The notes under the pieces are model-generated. The model saw only the letters and a list, made by a program, of their open reading frames with translations. It was not told the DNA's origin and ran no database searches. A stretch of 64,000 bases of DNA from Squalus acanthias (Eukaryota): assembly GCA_030390025.1 (NCBI GenBank), contig CM059432.1, positions 70,930,001-70,994,000 on the forward strand, in the 5' to 3' direction. Below, piece after piece: positions 14,274 to 26,336 of the stretch. A program made the translations under genes and the position numbers. Position 1 is the first letter of the stretch; the number at the start of each line of letters is the position of its first letter.

Positions 14274-14591
14274 CTGGTCGGCTACTTCGTACACGGATGT
14301 CTTCTTGCTGCAGTCACACGAGTAGGTGTAGACCCTGGCTCCTCTCTCTCGGGCCAGCCGCGCCGTCTCCTTGTTACCTTCAGCATTGATGTCCCAGAGC
14401 ACGAGCGTGGCTTGCAGGCGGGCGAACTCCAGCGCCAAGAGCCGCCCGATGCCGCTGCCAGCCCCGCTCACCAGCACGATCTCTCCGCTCACCTTCTTCT
14501 TCCGCACCGGCACCACCAGCAACACCAGTGCTTCCAGAGTGTAATACAGCGACAGGAACAGCACCTGAAGCGTCTCTACAAAGAAGTTCAT
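14274..14591 (-). CDS. SDR16C5: SDR16C5/RDHE2-like, first coding exon
   Basis: ATG at 14591; MNFFVETLQVLFLSLYYTLEALV...GEIVLVSGAGSGIGRLLALEFA...LWDIN...CDCS...VADQ with a hydrophobic N-terminus and Rossmann GxxxGxG motif; donor CAG|gtcagg; CpG-rich; synteny with PENK. Confidence 0.92.
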
Positions 14592-15099
14592 GTTGTTTGT
14601 TGGCAACCTGTTGCGTCGTCCTCACACCAGTCGCTCCCTTCGCCCGGCTGCTGCGTAAACTTGGCCTGTTGTTCAGAAAAAAACAACGACCTTTGCTCGA
14701 AACACGTCAGCAGCAATTGATTGTGGCCGCTCCAAATGCAATAGAGCGGCGGCTGTAGTTTATGCTGCCCTAAAACTGATTTTGCAAATTAATTATGTTG
14801 CAATTCTGCTGTCTTGGGCGTATAAGTAAAAGTTCGCGTTCCCGCTTTCGCTTTATTATTATCAGTGGCCAAATCGTGCCACCTACAGGTTTAGGAACGC
14901 TGAAATCACACATTGGCTATTCAGTGCTCCCGTGGTTTAAGGCGTGTAAAAAGTGAACTCTTGCATGATGTTTGCCTTCCGATCAGTAGATGAGACATAA
15001 AAGACTAAAACTACACGTTGCCAACCTTTTACATGGACAGTTTCGGACCCAGTGCCTGTTAGCATTTGCTGGGAAAAGTCAACACAGAATCCAGGGGTG

Positions 15100-16960
15100 C
15101 AAACAACAACAACAACTTGTATTTATATAGCATCTTTAACATAATAAAACGTCTCAAGGCGCTTTACAGGAGTATTATAAGTCAAAAAAATTGACACCGA
15201 GTCACATAAGGAGAAATTAGGGCAGATGACCAAAAGCTTGGTCAAAGAGTTAGGTTTTAAGGAGCGTCTTAAAGAAGGAAAGAGAGGTGGAGAGGTTTAG
15301 GCAGGGAATTCCAGAGCTTAGGGTTGAGGCAACAGTAGGCATAGCCACCAATGGTTGAGTGATTATAATCAGGGATGCTCAAGAGGGCAGAATTAGAGGA
15401 GCGCAGATATCTCGGTAGGGGGGTTGTGGGGCTGAAGGAGATTACAGAGAGAGGGAGGGGCGAGGCCATGGAGGGATTTGAAAACAAGGATGAAAATTTT
15501 GAAATTGAGGTGTTGCTTAACCAGGAGCCAATGTAGGTCAGCGAGCACAGGAGTGATGGTTGAACGGGACTTGGTGTGAGTTAGGACATGGGCAGCCGAG
15601 TTTTGGATGACCTCAAGTTTATGTAGGGTAGAACGTGGGAGGACAGCCAGGAGTGCGTTAGAATAGTCAAGTCTAGAGGTAACAAAGGCAATGGATGAGG
15701 GTTTCAGCAGCAGATGAGCTGAGGCAAGGAGCGGAGACGGGCGATGTTACGAAGGTGGAAGTAGGCGGTCTTAGTTATGCCATGGATATGTGGTCGGAAG
15801 CTCATTTCAGGGTTAAATATGACACCAAGGTTGCGAAAAGTGTGGTTCAGCCTCAGACAGATGTTAGGGAGAGGGATGGAGTTAGTAGTTAGGGAACGGA
15901 GTTTGTGGCGGGGACCAAAAACAATGGCTTCGGTCTTCCTAATATTTAATTGGAGAAAATTTCTGCTAATCCAGAACTGGATGTCGGACAAGCAGTCTGA
16001 CAATTTAGAGACCATGGAGGGGTTGAGAGAAGTGGTGGTGAGGTAGAGCTGGGTGTCGTCAGCGTACATGTGGAAACTGATGCCGTGTTTTCAGATGATG
16101 TCGCCAAGGGGCAGCATATAGATGAGAAATAGGAGGGGTCAAGGATAGACCCTTGGGGGACCCCAGAGGTAACGATGTGGGAGCGGGAAGAGAAGCCATT
16201 TTAGGTGATTCTCTGGCTACGATTAGATCGATAAGAATGGAATCAGGTGAGTGCAGTCCCACCCAGCTGGCTGACAGTGGAGAACGATGGAGTAGTCAAC
16301 CATGTCAAAGGCTGCAGACAAGTCAAGAAGGACGAGAAAGGATAGTTTACCTTTGTCACAGTCACAAAGGATGTCATTTGTGACTTTGATGTGAGCCGTT
16401 TCGGTACTGTGGCATAGGCAGAAACCTGATTGGAGGGATTCAAATATGGAGTTGCAGCAAAGATGGGTATGGATTTGAGAGGCGACAACACGTTCAAGGA
16501 CTTTGGAGAGGAAAGGGAGGTTGGAGATGGGGCGGTAGTTTGCAAGGACAGAGGGGGTCAAGGGCTTTTTTTTGAGGAGAGGGATGATGACGGCAATATT
16601 TAGGGAGAAAATTCCAGACTTTAGGGTCTAGGCGACTGGAGGCACGGCCGCTGAAGGTGGGGCAAAGGGAGTGGGGCAAAGGGAGTGTGGGATGCACAAG
16701 AGGCCAGAGTTGGTGGAATGCAGTGTTCTTGGAGGTTTATAGGGCTATGAAATAGAGAGGGGCGAGGCCATGGGGGGATTTGACCACAAGGATGAGAATT
16801 TTAAAATCGTTGGTGGACTGGGAACCAATGTAGGTCAGCGAGTACAGGAATGATAAGTGCAAGGGATTTGGTGCAGGTTAGTATATGAGCAGCAGAATTT
16901 TAGATGAGCTCAAGTTTCCGGAGCGTGGAAGATGGGAGGCTGGCCAGGATAGCATTGGAA
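15100..16960 (-). mobile_element. L2-type LINE fragments (RT)
   Basis: NYRPISNLPFLSKVLERVV, QSGF..HSTETA, LLDLSAAFD and YADDTQLY; (TTG)n tail; 16610-16960 looks like a second L2 3' piece. Confidence 0.9.
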
Positions 16961-17526
16961 TAATCGATTTTTAGGCCTACTTCATGTTAAGTCTCTATTA
17001 ATTTGCTTGGAGCCCATTAGATTATTTTTAGTGGTGATCTCTTAAAGGGAGCACTTGCAGTACTGATTTTTGTTCAGTGACACTAATTAAAATAGGCATA
17101 TAAGGAATTGGGGGCCACATCAAGAGAATTCTAGGATTTGACTTTTTTCTAATCGCCTTAAGCGTCAATGAGCACTGCTTAGAGTCTAGCGATGCTCAAG
17201 GACAGCAGTGTGGTGAGGGATGCAAATTAATTTTTTTTTTACAGATGGGGCTGGAGGGCTGTTCAATCTTTAGCAGTCGACAGTTGCTCTATGTATGGGC
17301 CTCCTGATGCCACCGGTGGGCAGAAAATTAATTCATCGGACCGGTTTCCTGCCAGTAACTGGCTCCGAGTTAAAATCATCCCCCTGTCCCCCCCACCACC
17401 CCCCGCCATGACTGAAACACTAAATGTGTACTTCAACTTAATTTTGACAGAAGAGTGTGGTAGTGGGAATGAAAAGGTACAGAGGACAAGGTGGAGCAAT
17501 TAGATAGGGTAACTATAGATAAAGAA

Positions 17527-18672
17527 AAATGAGAAGTCGCACAACACCAGGTTATAGTCCAACAGTTTTATTTGAAATTACGAGCTTTCGGAGCTCTGCT
17601 CCTTCGTCAGGTACAGTGAGGGAATACAAATCGGTTACAAAGTATATATAGACAGAGAACAATGTGTCTGCAGAGATACAATCCGTCAGGGAGGCATTAC
17701 ATCAAAGACACAGCAGAGTACAGCTAAGACAATGAGGTGGGGTCACAGGGGGTCCAACGTGTCAAATGCTGCAGTCTGCAGTTAAGCTTTTTACTTTTTT
17801 TTAAAACTGGAAATCACATCTGTGAACCAGACAACGACGTCGAGTCACGTCCTGTAGTGTGACATGAAACCGAGATCCCGGTTGAGGCCGTCCTCATGGG
17901 TGCGGAACTTGGCTATCAGTTTCTGCTCGATGATTTTGCGTTGTCGTGTGTCTCGAAGGCCGCCTTGGAGAACGCTAACCCACAGATCCGAGGCTGAATG
18001 TCCTTGACTGCTGAAGTGTTCCCTGACTGGGAGGTAACAATCCTGCCTGGCGATTGTTGCGCAGTGTCCGTTCATACGTTGTGAACGTATGAACGGACAC
18101 CGCACAACAATCGCCAGGCAGGATTGTTACCTCCCAGTCGGGGAACACTTCAGCAGTCAAGGACATTCAGCCTCGGATCTGCGGGTTAGCGTTCTCCAAG
18201 GCGGCCTTCGAGACACACGACAACGCAAAATCATCGAGCAGAAACTGATAGCCAAGTTCTGCACCCATGAGGACGGCCTCAACCGGGATCTCGGTTTCAT
18301 GTCACACTACAGGACGTGACTCGACGTCGTTGTCTGGTTCACAGATGTGATTTCCAGTTTAAAAAAAAAGTAAAAAGCTTAACTGCAGACTGCAGCATTT
18401 GACACGTTGGACCCCCTGTGACCCCACCTCATTGTCTTAGCTGTACTCTGCTGTGTCTTTGATGTAATGCCTCCCTGACGGATTGTATCTCTGCAGACAC
18501 ATTGTTCTCTGTCTATATATACTTTGTAACCGATTTGTATTCCCTCACTGTACCTGACGAAGGAGCAGAGCTCCGAAAGCTCGTAATTTCAAATAAAACT
18601 GTTGACTATAACCTGGTGTTGTGCGACTTCTCATTTTTGTCCACCCCAGTCCAACACCGGCATCTCCACATC
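17527..18672. mobile_element. Fold-back (inverted) Penelope-like element, 5'-truncated, with GIY-YIG C-terminal fragment on both arms
   Basis: Inverted arms 17525-18080 and 18084-18638; ORFs ..PVGEHFSSQGHSASDLRVSVLQGGL..RKIIEQKLIAKF..GLNRD; about 34-bp unpaired 3' tail; 12-bp TSD ATAGATAAAGAA (17515-17526, 18673-18684). Confidence 0.9.
18551..18585 (+). ncRNA. Minimal type I hammerhead ribozyme motif (mirror copy 17579-17613 on minus strand)
   Basis: UAC-CUGACGA-A-GGAGC/aga/GCUCC-GAAA-GCUC|GUA: catalytic core, stem II, palindromic AGCU stem III and a 3-bp stem I. Confidence 0.7.
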
Positions 18673-18844
18673 ATAGATAAAGAAGTAAGATCAAAAAAAT
18701 TGATGGAACTCACAGTGGAAAAGCCATGGTCCTTGATGGCATGCATTTTAGAATGCTAAGGGAAATTAGTAGAGGTTTTGACTACAATCTTTTAAACATC
18801 CTTAGATATATAATTTGTGCCAGAGGACTCAAGGGTTGCAAATA

Positions 18845-19312
18845 TAATAACAACAACTTGCATTTACATAGCACCTTTAACATAATGTCCCAAGGTACCT
18901 CACAGGTGTGTTAGCAAACAAAATTTGACACCGAGCCACATAAGGAGATATTAGGACAGGTGACCAAAAGATTGGTCAAAGAGGTAGGTTTTAAGAAGCG
19001 TCTTAAAAAAGGAGAGAGAGGCAGAGAGGTTTAGGGAAGGAATTCCAGAGTTTAGGGCCTAAGCAGCTGAAGGCATAGCCGCCAATAGTGGAGCGATTAA
19101 AAGCGGGGATGCGCGAGTGGCCAGAATTGGAGAAGCGCAGAGATCTGGGAGGGGGGCGGGGTTGTAGGGCTGAAGGAGGTTATAGAGATAGGGAGGGGCA
19201 AGGCCATAGAGGGATTTGAAAACGAGGATGAGAATTTAAATTTGAGGAGTTGTTGGACCGGGAGCCAATGTAGGTCAGCGAGCACAAGGGTGATGTGTGA
19301 ATGGGACTTGGT
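18845..19312 (-). mobile_element. L2 3' end inserted in a decayed CR1
   Basis: LADLHWLPV..; same tail as the 15100 element; flanks 18690-18840 and 19313-19400 are CR1-like. Confidence 0.85.
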
Positions 19313-19664
19313 TCAAAAAGGATAAACCAGATAACCATTGACCAGTCAGCCTAACATCGATAATGGGTAAGCTTCAAGAGGCCATAATACAGAATAACAT
19401 TAAAAAAGATAAAAGAGTTCACTGGAATGAATATGCAGAAACATAATAAAAGGGTGGTTAGAGGGGCAAGGAAAGACCTGGAAAAAATAACTATAAATGC
19501 AAATCATAGCAGTAAGAAATTATTTCTGGTACAGTATGAGGGCAGTCAGAGAAGTGGGAATGCTGTAAAATGTGTGAATGAGGTTGAACTTGAAAGTGAG
19601 CATAAGATCCTTTTATATACAAAATAATTACTTCCTCCAAATGGGCAGCTTCTGTTAGATGGAA

Positions 19665-20286
19665 AACTGGCTACCGGGATGCCTGTTCAAAAAAGGTGAT
19701 GAAAGAGACCTCGGCAACTATACACCCATTGTTTCTGTATCAATACTAAGTAAGATAATGGAGTTGATAGGAGTAAACTTGAAGATTACCTGTATAGTAA
19801 TAATCTAGTAAACCACAGCCAATATGGATTCAGAAGACCTTCATGACCAATCTTTTTTGACGAAGTGACATCCTTGGTAGACTGTGGAAAACCCTGTGTT
19901 GTAGAGTACCTTGACTTCCAAAATGTTTTGCATGAAAGGCAGTGGTGATTCAGTGCGGATGGATAAGACATTTGCTGAAGGGTAAGAAGCAATAGATAAT
20001 TTTTAGACAAGTTATGTTATGGTGGGTAGGGGAGTGCTTGTGGGGCACGCAGGGTTCAGTGCTGGGACCCCTACTGTTTCTAATTTGTATTAATAACTCG
20101 GATTCATAAGTTGAATGGAAACTGGTCAAATTCACAGCTAATATTAACAGACGGCAGCTCGAGAACTGCAAAATAAATTGGACAAAATATGATTGTGGGC
20201 ACAATCGTGGAATATAAAATTTATGGGTGCCATAAGTAATCCATGAATGGTGTTAAAATAGCTAACAATGAAGTGGAAAGAGATCT
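19665..20286 (+). mobile_element. Highly decayed CR1 RT fragment
   Basis: Remnants of FKKGD..GNY.P, YLDFQ and QGSVLGPLLF. Confidence 0.65.
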
Positions 20287-20287
20287 A

Positions 20288-20509
20288 GGGGGTGAAATTC
20301 AACTTTCAATTGGCCCAGGATCAACTGCTGTTTGCGGAAGATAGGTCCGAACTTCGACCACCCTTTGCATGTAGAAGTCTTTCCTAATTTCACTCCTGAA
20401 AGGCAGCTGCAAAATGGGTGATAATGAATCGGCAGCTCATTTTAGTAAAACAGGCTGCTGATTTGCTGTCATCCATTTTACGCAACTGCTGAAGTCGAAT
20501 TTCACCCTC
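20288..20509. mobile_element. MITE (about 220 bp)
   Basis: Imperfect TIRs GGGGTGAAATTCAACTT / AAGTCGAATTTCACCCT. Confidence 0.6.
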
Positions 20510-20596
20510 CTCGGGTTTAAATACACTTGATACACAACATTGTAGATGAACAATCCACAAAGCAAATAGAACGCTGAACTACATAGTTAAAAACAA

Positions 20597-20820
20597 TTGT
20601 CCGGATTTTGTGGTCAGCGGCGAAGGAAAGGCACTCGGCGTTCACCATGCTGACAGCTGCCCACAGAATTTTCGCAGGCTTCTGAGTGGAGATCTGCTGT
20701 CATTGAACGTCTGCTCCAGTGCGGCGCCCTCTACGGGGGATCCGTGGCATCTGTGAGTAGGAAAAGAAACAGCGAGGCTCTTCAACCAATCAGATTGAAG
20801 TATCCTCACTGAGACACGCA
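20597..20820 (+). repeat. Interspersed repeat shared with 180-405 (minus strand)
   Basis: Both contain AGCGGCGAAGGAA..AGCTGCCCACA..GAGGCTCTTCAACCAATCAGATTGAAG.ATCCTCAC.GAGACA. Confidence 0.7.
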
Positions 20821-21484
20821 GGGGGGTGATATTTTAACCTAAAACAACGGGTGGGTTGGGGCCGTGGATGTAGTTAAAGTGTTAAAAATCGGAATCCCGA
20901 CCTGAATCCGCCTCCAACCTGCCCACTTCCCGTTTTAATGGAGGCGGGACGGTGGCTGGCAGCCAACCCGCTGCCAGGAGGTGCGCCGTCTATTTTATAT
21001 TATAATGAGGCTGGAAGCCTCATCTTTAACCTCCATATTAAATTTAACTATAGCTGGTTGGGTTTTGCACATCTCGTAAAACTCGCCAGCTACAGCAAGA
21101 CGAGAACTGCTAGATCCAGGAGGTAAGTGCCTTTACACCTACCTCCTGGATCCAGGATCCCTGCCTAACCCACCCCCGCGATTGGAGACTCCCCCCCCCT
21201 CCCCCCGAGGCCTCTAATCCCCCCCCAAGGCCTCTGATCCCCCCCCCCGGCCTCCGATCTCCCCCCCGCAGGTCTCCTATTCCACTCCCCCTCAGTCCTC
21301 CAATCCCCGCGCAGGCCTCCAATCCATCCCCCCCCATCTCCAGCCGTCTCCTTGCTGGTCCTCCGGCCCCCGATCCTCTTCGGACCGCCCATCCTCCTCT
21401 GGCCCCCGACTCTCTTTGGACACCCCCGATTTTCTCCCAGCCCATAACTCTCTGCTGATCACACCTCCCCAGAGGTCTGTGTCC

Positions 21485-21960
21485 TTTCCGGGCTAGGGTG
21501 AGCTGAAGAGTCATGAGGCGCTCGTTTATACCGCTAGGAGAGTCTCTGAGATGCCCAACTAGTTCATTTTTTATGGCGAAGCCTACCCCATGGAGGCGGC
21601 GTTCTTCTTCGGGTTTGCCTTTCCGGAAGACGGTGTAGCCACCACCTTGCTCCTTGAGCTAGCCTTCCCCTGCCCGCCGGGTCTCACTTAGGGCGGCGAT
21701 ATCAATGTCGAAACATCTGAGCTCCCGGGCAACGATAGCAGTACGCCGTTCCGGTCTGTCACTGTTGGGGTTGTCCATGAGGGTCCTGACGTTCCAGGTC
21801 CTGAACTTCATTTTAAAGGGTGGAAGATGCCTGTGCGTGAAATCTTTTAATGTGGGGTGGCCGTTGCACACCTGCTACCACACGGGCTTGACAGAGCAAG
21901 GTCTTGGTCCAATGGCAAGGGGATCCAAGACGATTGGAGACCAGGCTCTGCTACATCGGC
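21485..21960 (-). mobile_element. RTE-clade LINE 5' end (APE endonuclease N-terminus)
   Basis: TWNVRTLMDNPNSDRPERRTAIVAREL..DIDIAALSETR..GEG*L.E..GGYT..GKPEEERRLHGVGFAIK..INERLMTL. Confidence 0.85.
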
Positions 21961-22696
21961 CTAGCACACACACACAAACATACTCCTACTGTCCTCCTCC
22001 CTCCTTCCCGCAGGTCCTCTCTGCCTGGGTTTCATAGGATGCATTGTGGTCCTCCCGACCCCGCTGTTGGCCCATGCCGCACCTTCCCTAGGCCCCGACC
22101 CCACTGCTGGTCCACGCTGCGCCACTCCTGGGCCTTGACCTCTCTGCTGGGCTTGTCCTCGCTCCTGGGTCCCGGCCTTGGACATGAATGATGTTGTCTC
22201 TCACAGGATCAAATTAGCACTGATATTCTCGCGATCCCTGGCCCCGAACTCCATTCGCGATCCACTAGTCACTAGATCACTAGTCTAGTGGAGAAGCATA
22301 GTCTTGACGGCAGAGAGGTCTGGGAATTTGGGAGCTAAGTTTAAGTGAAGAGCCAGTGCTCACTGAGAACAAAGAACAGGCATGGTCGGGGGATGGGCAG
22401 TGGACTCAGGTAACTTTAACCTTGCAGCTTGAACTTGCAGTTAGGGATAAAATGCACCCACTATTAGAGCCAGGGGAACTTAAACAGCAGAAGAGAGGAG
22501 ACGGGGGGTGGGGCGGGGCAAGAGTAAAGGATGGCCAAGGATGGCAAAGGAGCTCCCTGGGGAGCTGCCAGCTCAGGAGCCATCTTGTTTAATGGTGGAT
22601 ATGGAGATGCGGCGACTGACAACTGACAAATATACTCTATTCATCATCCCCTGCATATATAACCAGTTGGCACAAAGCAAGGTATAATAATATAGA

Positions 22697-22889
22697 AATG
22701 AGAAGTCGCACAACACCAGGTTATAGTCCAACAGATTTATTTAATTTTACAAGCTTTCGGAGCTATCGCTCCTTCGTCAGCGATAGCTCCGAAAGCTTGT
22801 AAAATTAAATAAATCTGTTGGACTATAACCTGGTGTTGTGCGACTTCTCATTTTTGTCCACCCCAGTCCAACGCCGGCATCTCCACATC
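22697..22889. mobile_element. Short fold-back Penelope-like terminus, same family as the 17.5-kb element
   Basis: 75-bp arms 22696-22770 and 22779-22853; same 3' tail; 13-bp TSD ATAATAATATAGA (22684-22696, 22890-22902). Confidence 0.88.
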
Positions 22890-24049
22890 ATAATAATATA
22901 GAGATACACAGGACAAGAAAGGGCCATGGCGATCCATCTGCCAAATCCCAAAGTTCAAAGTACCTTACTATATTACATAATAAATGCCAAGGCATGCTGA
23001 ACAAGTAGGAGTTAAACATAAATGTATTTGCTCTCCTATCGTGCCTGCGAATTCCAGGCCTGATAAGACCTTTGATATTCTCATCACAATTAGTCTTGGT
23101 TTATACGATCTTTTAATACTGCTGTTGACTTGCTTAATCTTGTTTGGGTGTTTGGCTGTTACAAATGTGTAGTTAACTTTGTTATTGCTGCAGTATTGCT
23201 ATTTTTCTGTGTATAGTGTGATGTTGAACTGGTTTTGCTTGTGTTTTTGATTGTGTTTTATAAATTGTTTCATAAATAAAACTTTTTAAATATATAAATG
23301 TACTGTCTTTGAACTGTACTTGAAACGTATCAATGTAAAATAAAATCTTTGAATTTTGTTCATTTCTAACTGAAGATTTCTACCATTTCTCACTACCTTA
23401 CATTGAACTAAGATCCCTTCTATGAATATTTGAGCACCACTTTCCCTTTTAAATCAGTTGTTTATCTAATTTTCAAAGGCAGCGTTATTCAGATTGAATT
23501 CGAGAATTAGGCAGAAGGCTTGCTCAATGAATGTTCTACACTGATCCGAAAGTAGTCTTATTTTTCTAAAATCTACCTTTTATGCAGTGTTAACGTTATA
23601 TTTACTTTTGAAGAAATTAATTTGTTAGTTGGAACAATATTTTCATTACAATGGAATAAAGGTGAGACAGAAGGAGTGTTTGTGGAGGATGTGGAAGAGC
23701 CACGACGAGATAAATATTCAAAAGGAAACTTATACTTGAATATTAAATTAAAAGGAAAAGGTTAGTAGACTGAAACTCACCAGGTCCAAATGTTATACAC
23801 ACCAGAATGCTGAAGGAAGTTGGAGAGGAGCTAGAAAAAATAATAACCATAACTTTACAAAAAATGGACTGGAGGGTGGTAAATGTTATACCTAGGTCCT
23901 AATACATAATTAAATCTTATTGAAATAGATCTAGTAATATATGAGATTGTTCATAAAAATGTTTTAATTATCAAGTGAAAGGGCCCTTGAAAATATAATT
24001 GCAGGATGCCCTTTTGCTAACTATACAGTTGCATGTTGGGATAGAATAA

Positions 24050-24657
24050 TAAAGAAAGACTTGCATTTCAATGTTCCCGTTAATCTTTTTTTGGGTGTAA
24101 GGCCCCTTTAAGGGGCTGCGCGGCCCATTCAGAACCCCGCGCATGCGCGGTTTTTCTCATTGAAAAGCCGGCAAGCTGGTTGCACAGGAGGTTCAGAGAG
24201 TTGCGCGGCCAAGGGAACATTGCTGCATTTCTATAGCACCTTTCACGACCTCAGGATGTCCTGAAGTGTTTTACAGCCAATGAAGTACTGTTGAAGTGTA
24301 GTCACTGTTGCAATGTAGAAAACATGGCAGCCAATTTCCGCAGACAGCAAGGTCCCACAAACATCAATGTGATAATGACCAGACAATCTGTTTTTAGTAA
24401 TGTTGGTTGAGGGATAATATTGCCCATTATAACAGGAGAACGCCCCTGCTCTTCAAATAGTGCCATGGGATCTTTTACGTCCGCCAGACAGGGCAGACAG
24501 GGCTTCAGTTTAACCGAAAGACTGCACCTCCTACAGCACAGCGCTCCCTCAGTACTGCACTGAAGTGACAGCCTGGATTATGTACTCAAGTCTCTGAAGT
24601 GGGATTTGAACCTATAACCTTTGGACTCAAGTGAGATGCTATCACTGAGTCACGGCA
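24050..24657 (-). mobile_element. Full-length tRNA-headed Deu-domain SINE
   Basis: A box TGACTCAGTG and B box GGTTCAAATCC at the 5' end; Deu core; 3' tail split by a MITE. Confidence 0.85.
24069..24222. mobile_element. hAT-type MITE (154 bp)
   Basis: Perfect 10-bp TIR CAATGTTCCC/GGGAACATTG; 8-bp TSD TTGCATTT/CTGCATTT. Confidence 0.85.
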
Positions 24658-25954
24658 GTTGCTAAGAGAAATCTTTATACTGTCCAAGAATAATACCATA
24701 TAGTAAGTATTCACAGAAACAAGCAATTTCAGGAATCGCAGCACATCTGCTGATCTTTAACTAGGGCTTTAATGAGAACCATAATTATTTAAAAACAGAT
24801 CCATTCAATGTTTTCCAGACGCTTCTATCACTGTTGACTGTCCTGTATAGAACAGTGACTAATGAGCAAATATCAGTGTACTGAATCTTGAAAAAGTAAG
24901 TATTCATTAACATAGTGTACCAGATAATAGTGTTTATGTGAACTTTAAGTGATTATTTAACAACGCAACTTCAGCATGAATAAATTATGATGTATATACT
25001 ATACACAACTCCTCTTCAAAAGTTTTACAGTAGATGGTCTATTAAAGTCTGTGTATATTACTGTTAGAACATAAAATGACAAAGAAATAGAAATGATATT
25101 GAGTATCACAAACTGCTAGACAACTTTGAAATTCTACAGCAAGTACACTATTTTGAACCATAGAATTCTACTGCCTGTCATGCCTGTGTCAGCTACTCTG
25201 GAAGAGCTATCCATTTTGTCCTATTCCCCTGTCCTTTCCTCAAACCCTTTTATGTATAATAACAAGCACAAAGCCCTAAGAGCGGGAAATTACTTTGAAT
25301 GAAAGCTTCTGCAGCAAATATTTACTGGGACACTGTCTTCATGAAAAAATGTTTGGCAAACATTGTTCGTTTGGGGAAAGAGAAGAGCCAGGAAAACCAT
25401 GCATTTTTTTTAATGACGGCATTGGATAAATCTGACGAGTTAGCAACAACCTCGCTCGATTGAAGGGCAGATTGGACTATCAGGCGCAGAAATCAGCATG
25501 CTAAATTTGTGTCCCTCATAATTTTCTGGATGTCCAACAAATTGTGGGGTGGGGGAGATGCATATCAGGCATACTGACCACTGCATCTGATTGTCTGATC
25601 TGTCTGGTTGAGCAAAGCTACATGCTGAGATTTCCAACTCAGAAAATTTGCTCCATTATGTGTTGTTACACCATGATTGATGCATCTTAGATGCAATTTA
25701 TTGCATTTTGTTGTAAATTAAATGAAAAATATTTACTAAACATTTTTTGTGAATAATAAATGTAAACATTTCATTGCAGTAAATAGTGTTAGTTTTCAAA
25801 TACCTGCAAGATACTATCCTTGTTATCCTTGTTATCTCTCTGTGACCATTCAATGCAGAATAATGGGTCCTTGGAGATGATAGTCTTCTAATTGTGGGTT
25901 CATATGGCATCATGAACCAGAAATGCCATGTTTCAGCAGTTTATCACCATTAAC

Positions 25955-26336
25955 TAAAATCTAGGCTGACACTCCAGTGCAGTACTGAGGGAGTGCTGCA
26001 CTGTCGGAGGTGCCATCTTTCGGAAGAGACGTTAAACCGAGGCCCTGTCTGCCCTCTCAGGTGGACGTAAAAGATCCCATGGCACTATATCGAAGAAGAG
26101 CAGGAGAGTTATCCCCGGTGTCCTGGCCAATATTTATCCCTCAATCAACATCACTAAAACAGACTATATGGTCATTATTACATTGCTGTTTGTGGGAGCT
26201 TGCTGTGTGCAAATTGGCTGCTGCGTTTCCTACATTACAACAGTGACTACACTTAAAAAAAAGTACTTAATTGGCTGTAAGTACTTTGGGACGTCCGGTG
26301 GTCGTGAAAGGCGCTGCATAATTGCAAGTTTTCTTT
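25955..26336 (+). mobile_element. Deu-domain SINE (5'-truncated)
   Basis: Highly similar to 4278-4620 and to the reverse complement of 24225-24590. Confidence 0.88.

Noticed and set aside
23370..23665. Possible exon ending in AAG|gtgag
   Set aside because: The best frame has several stops and no recognisable protein similarity.
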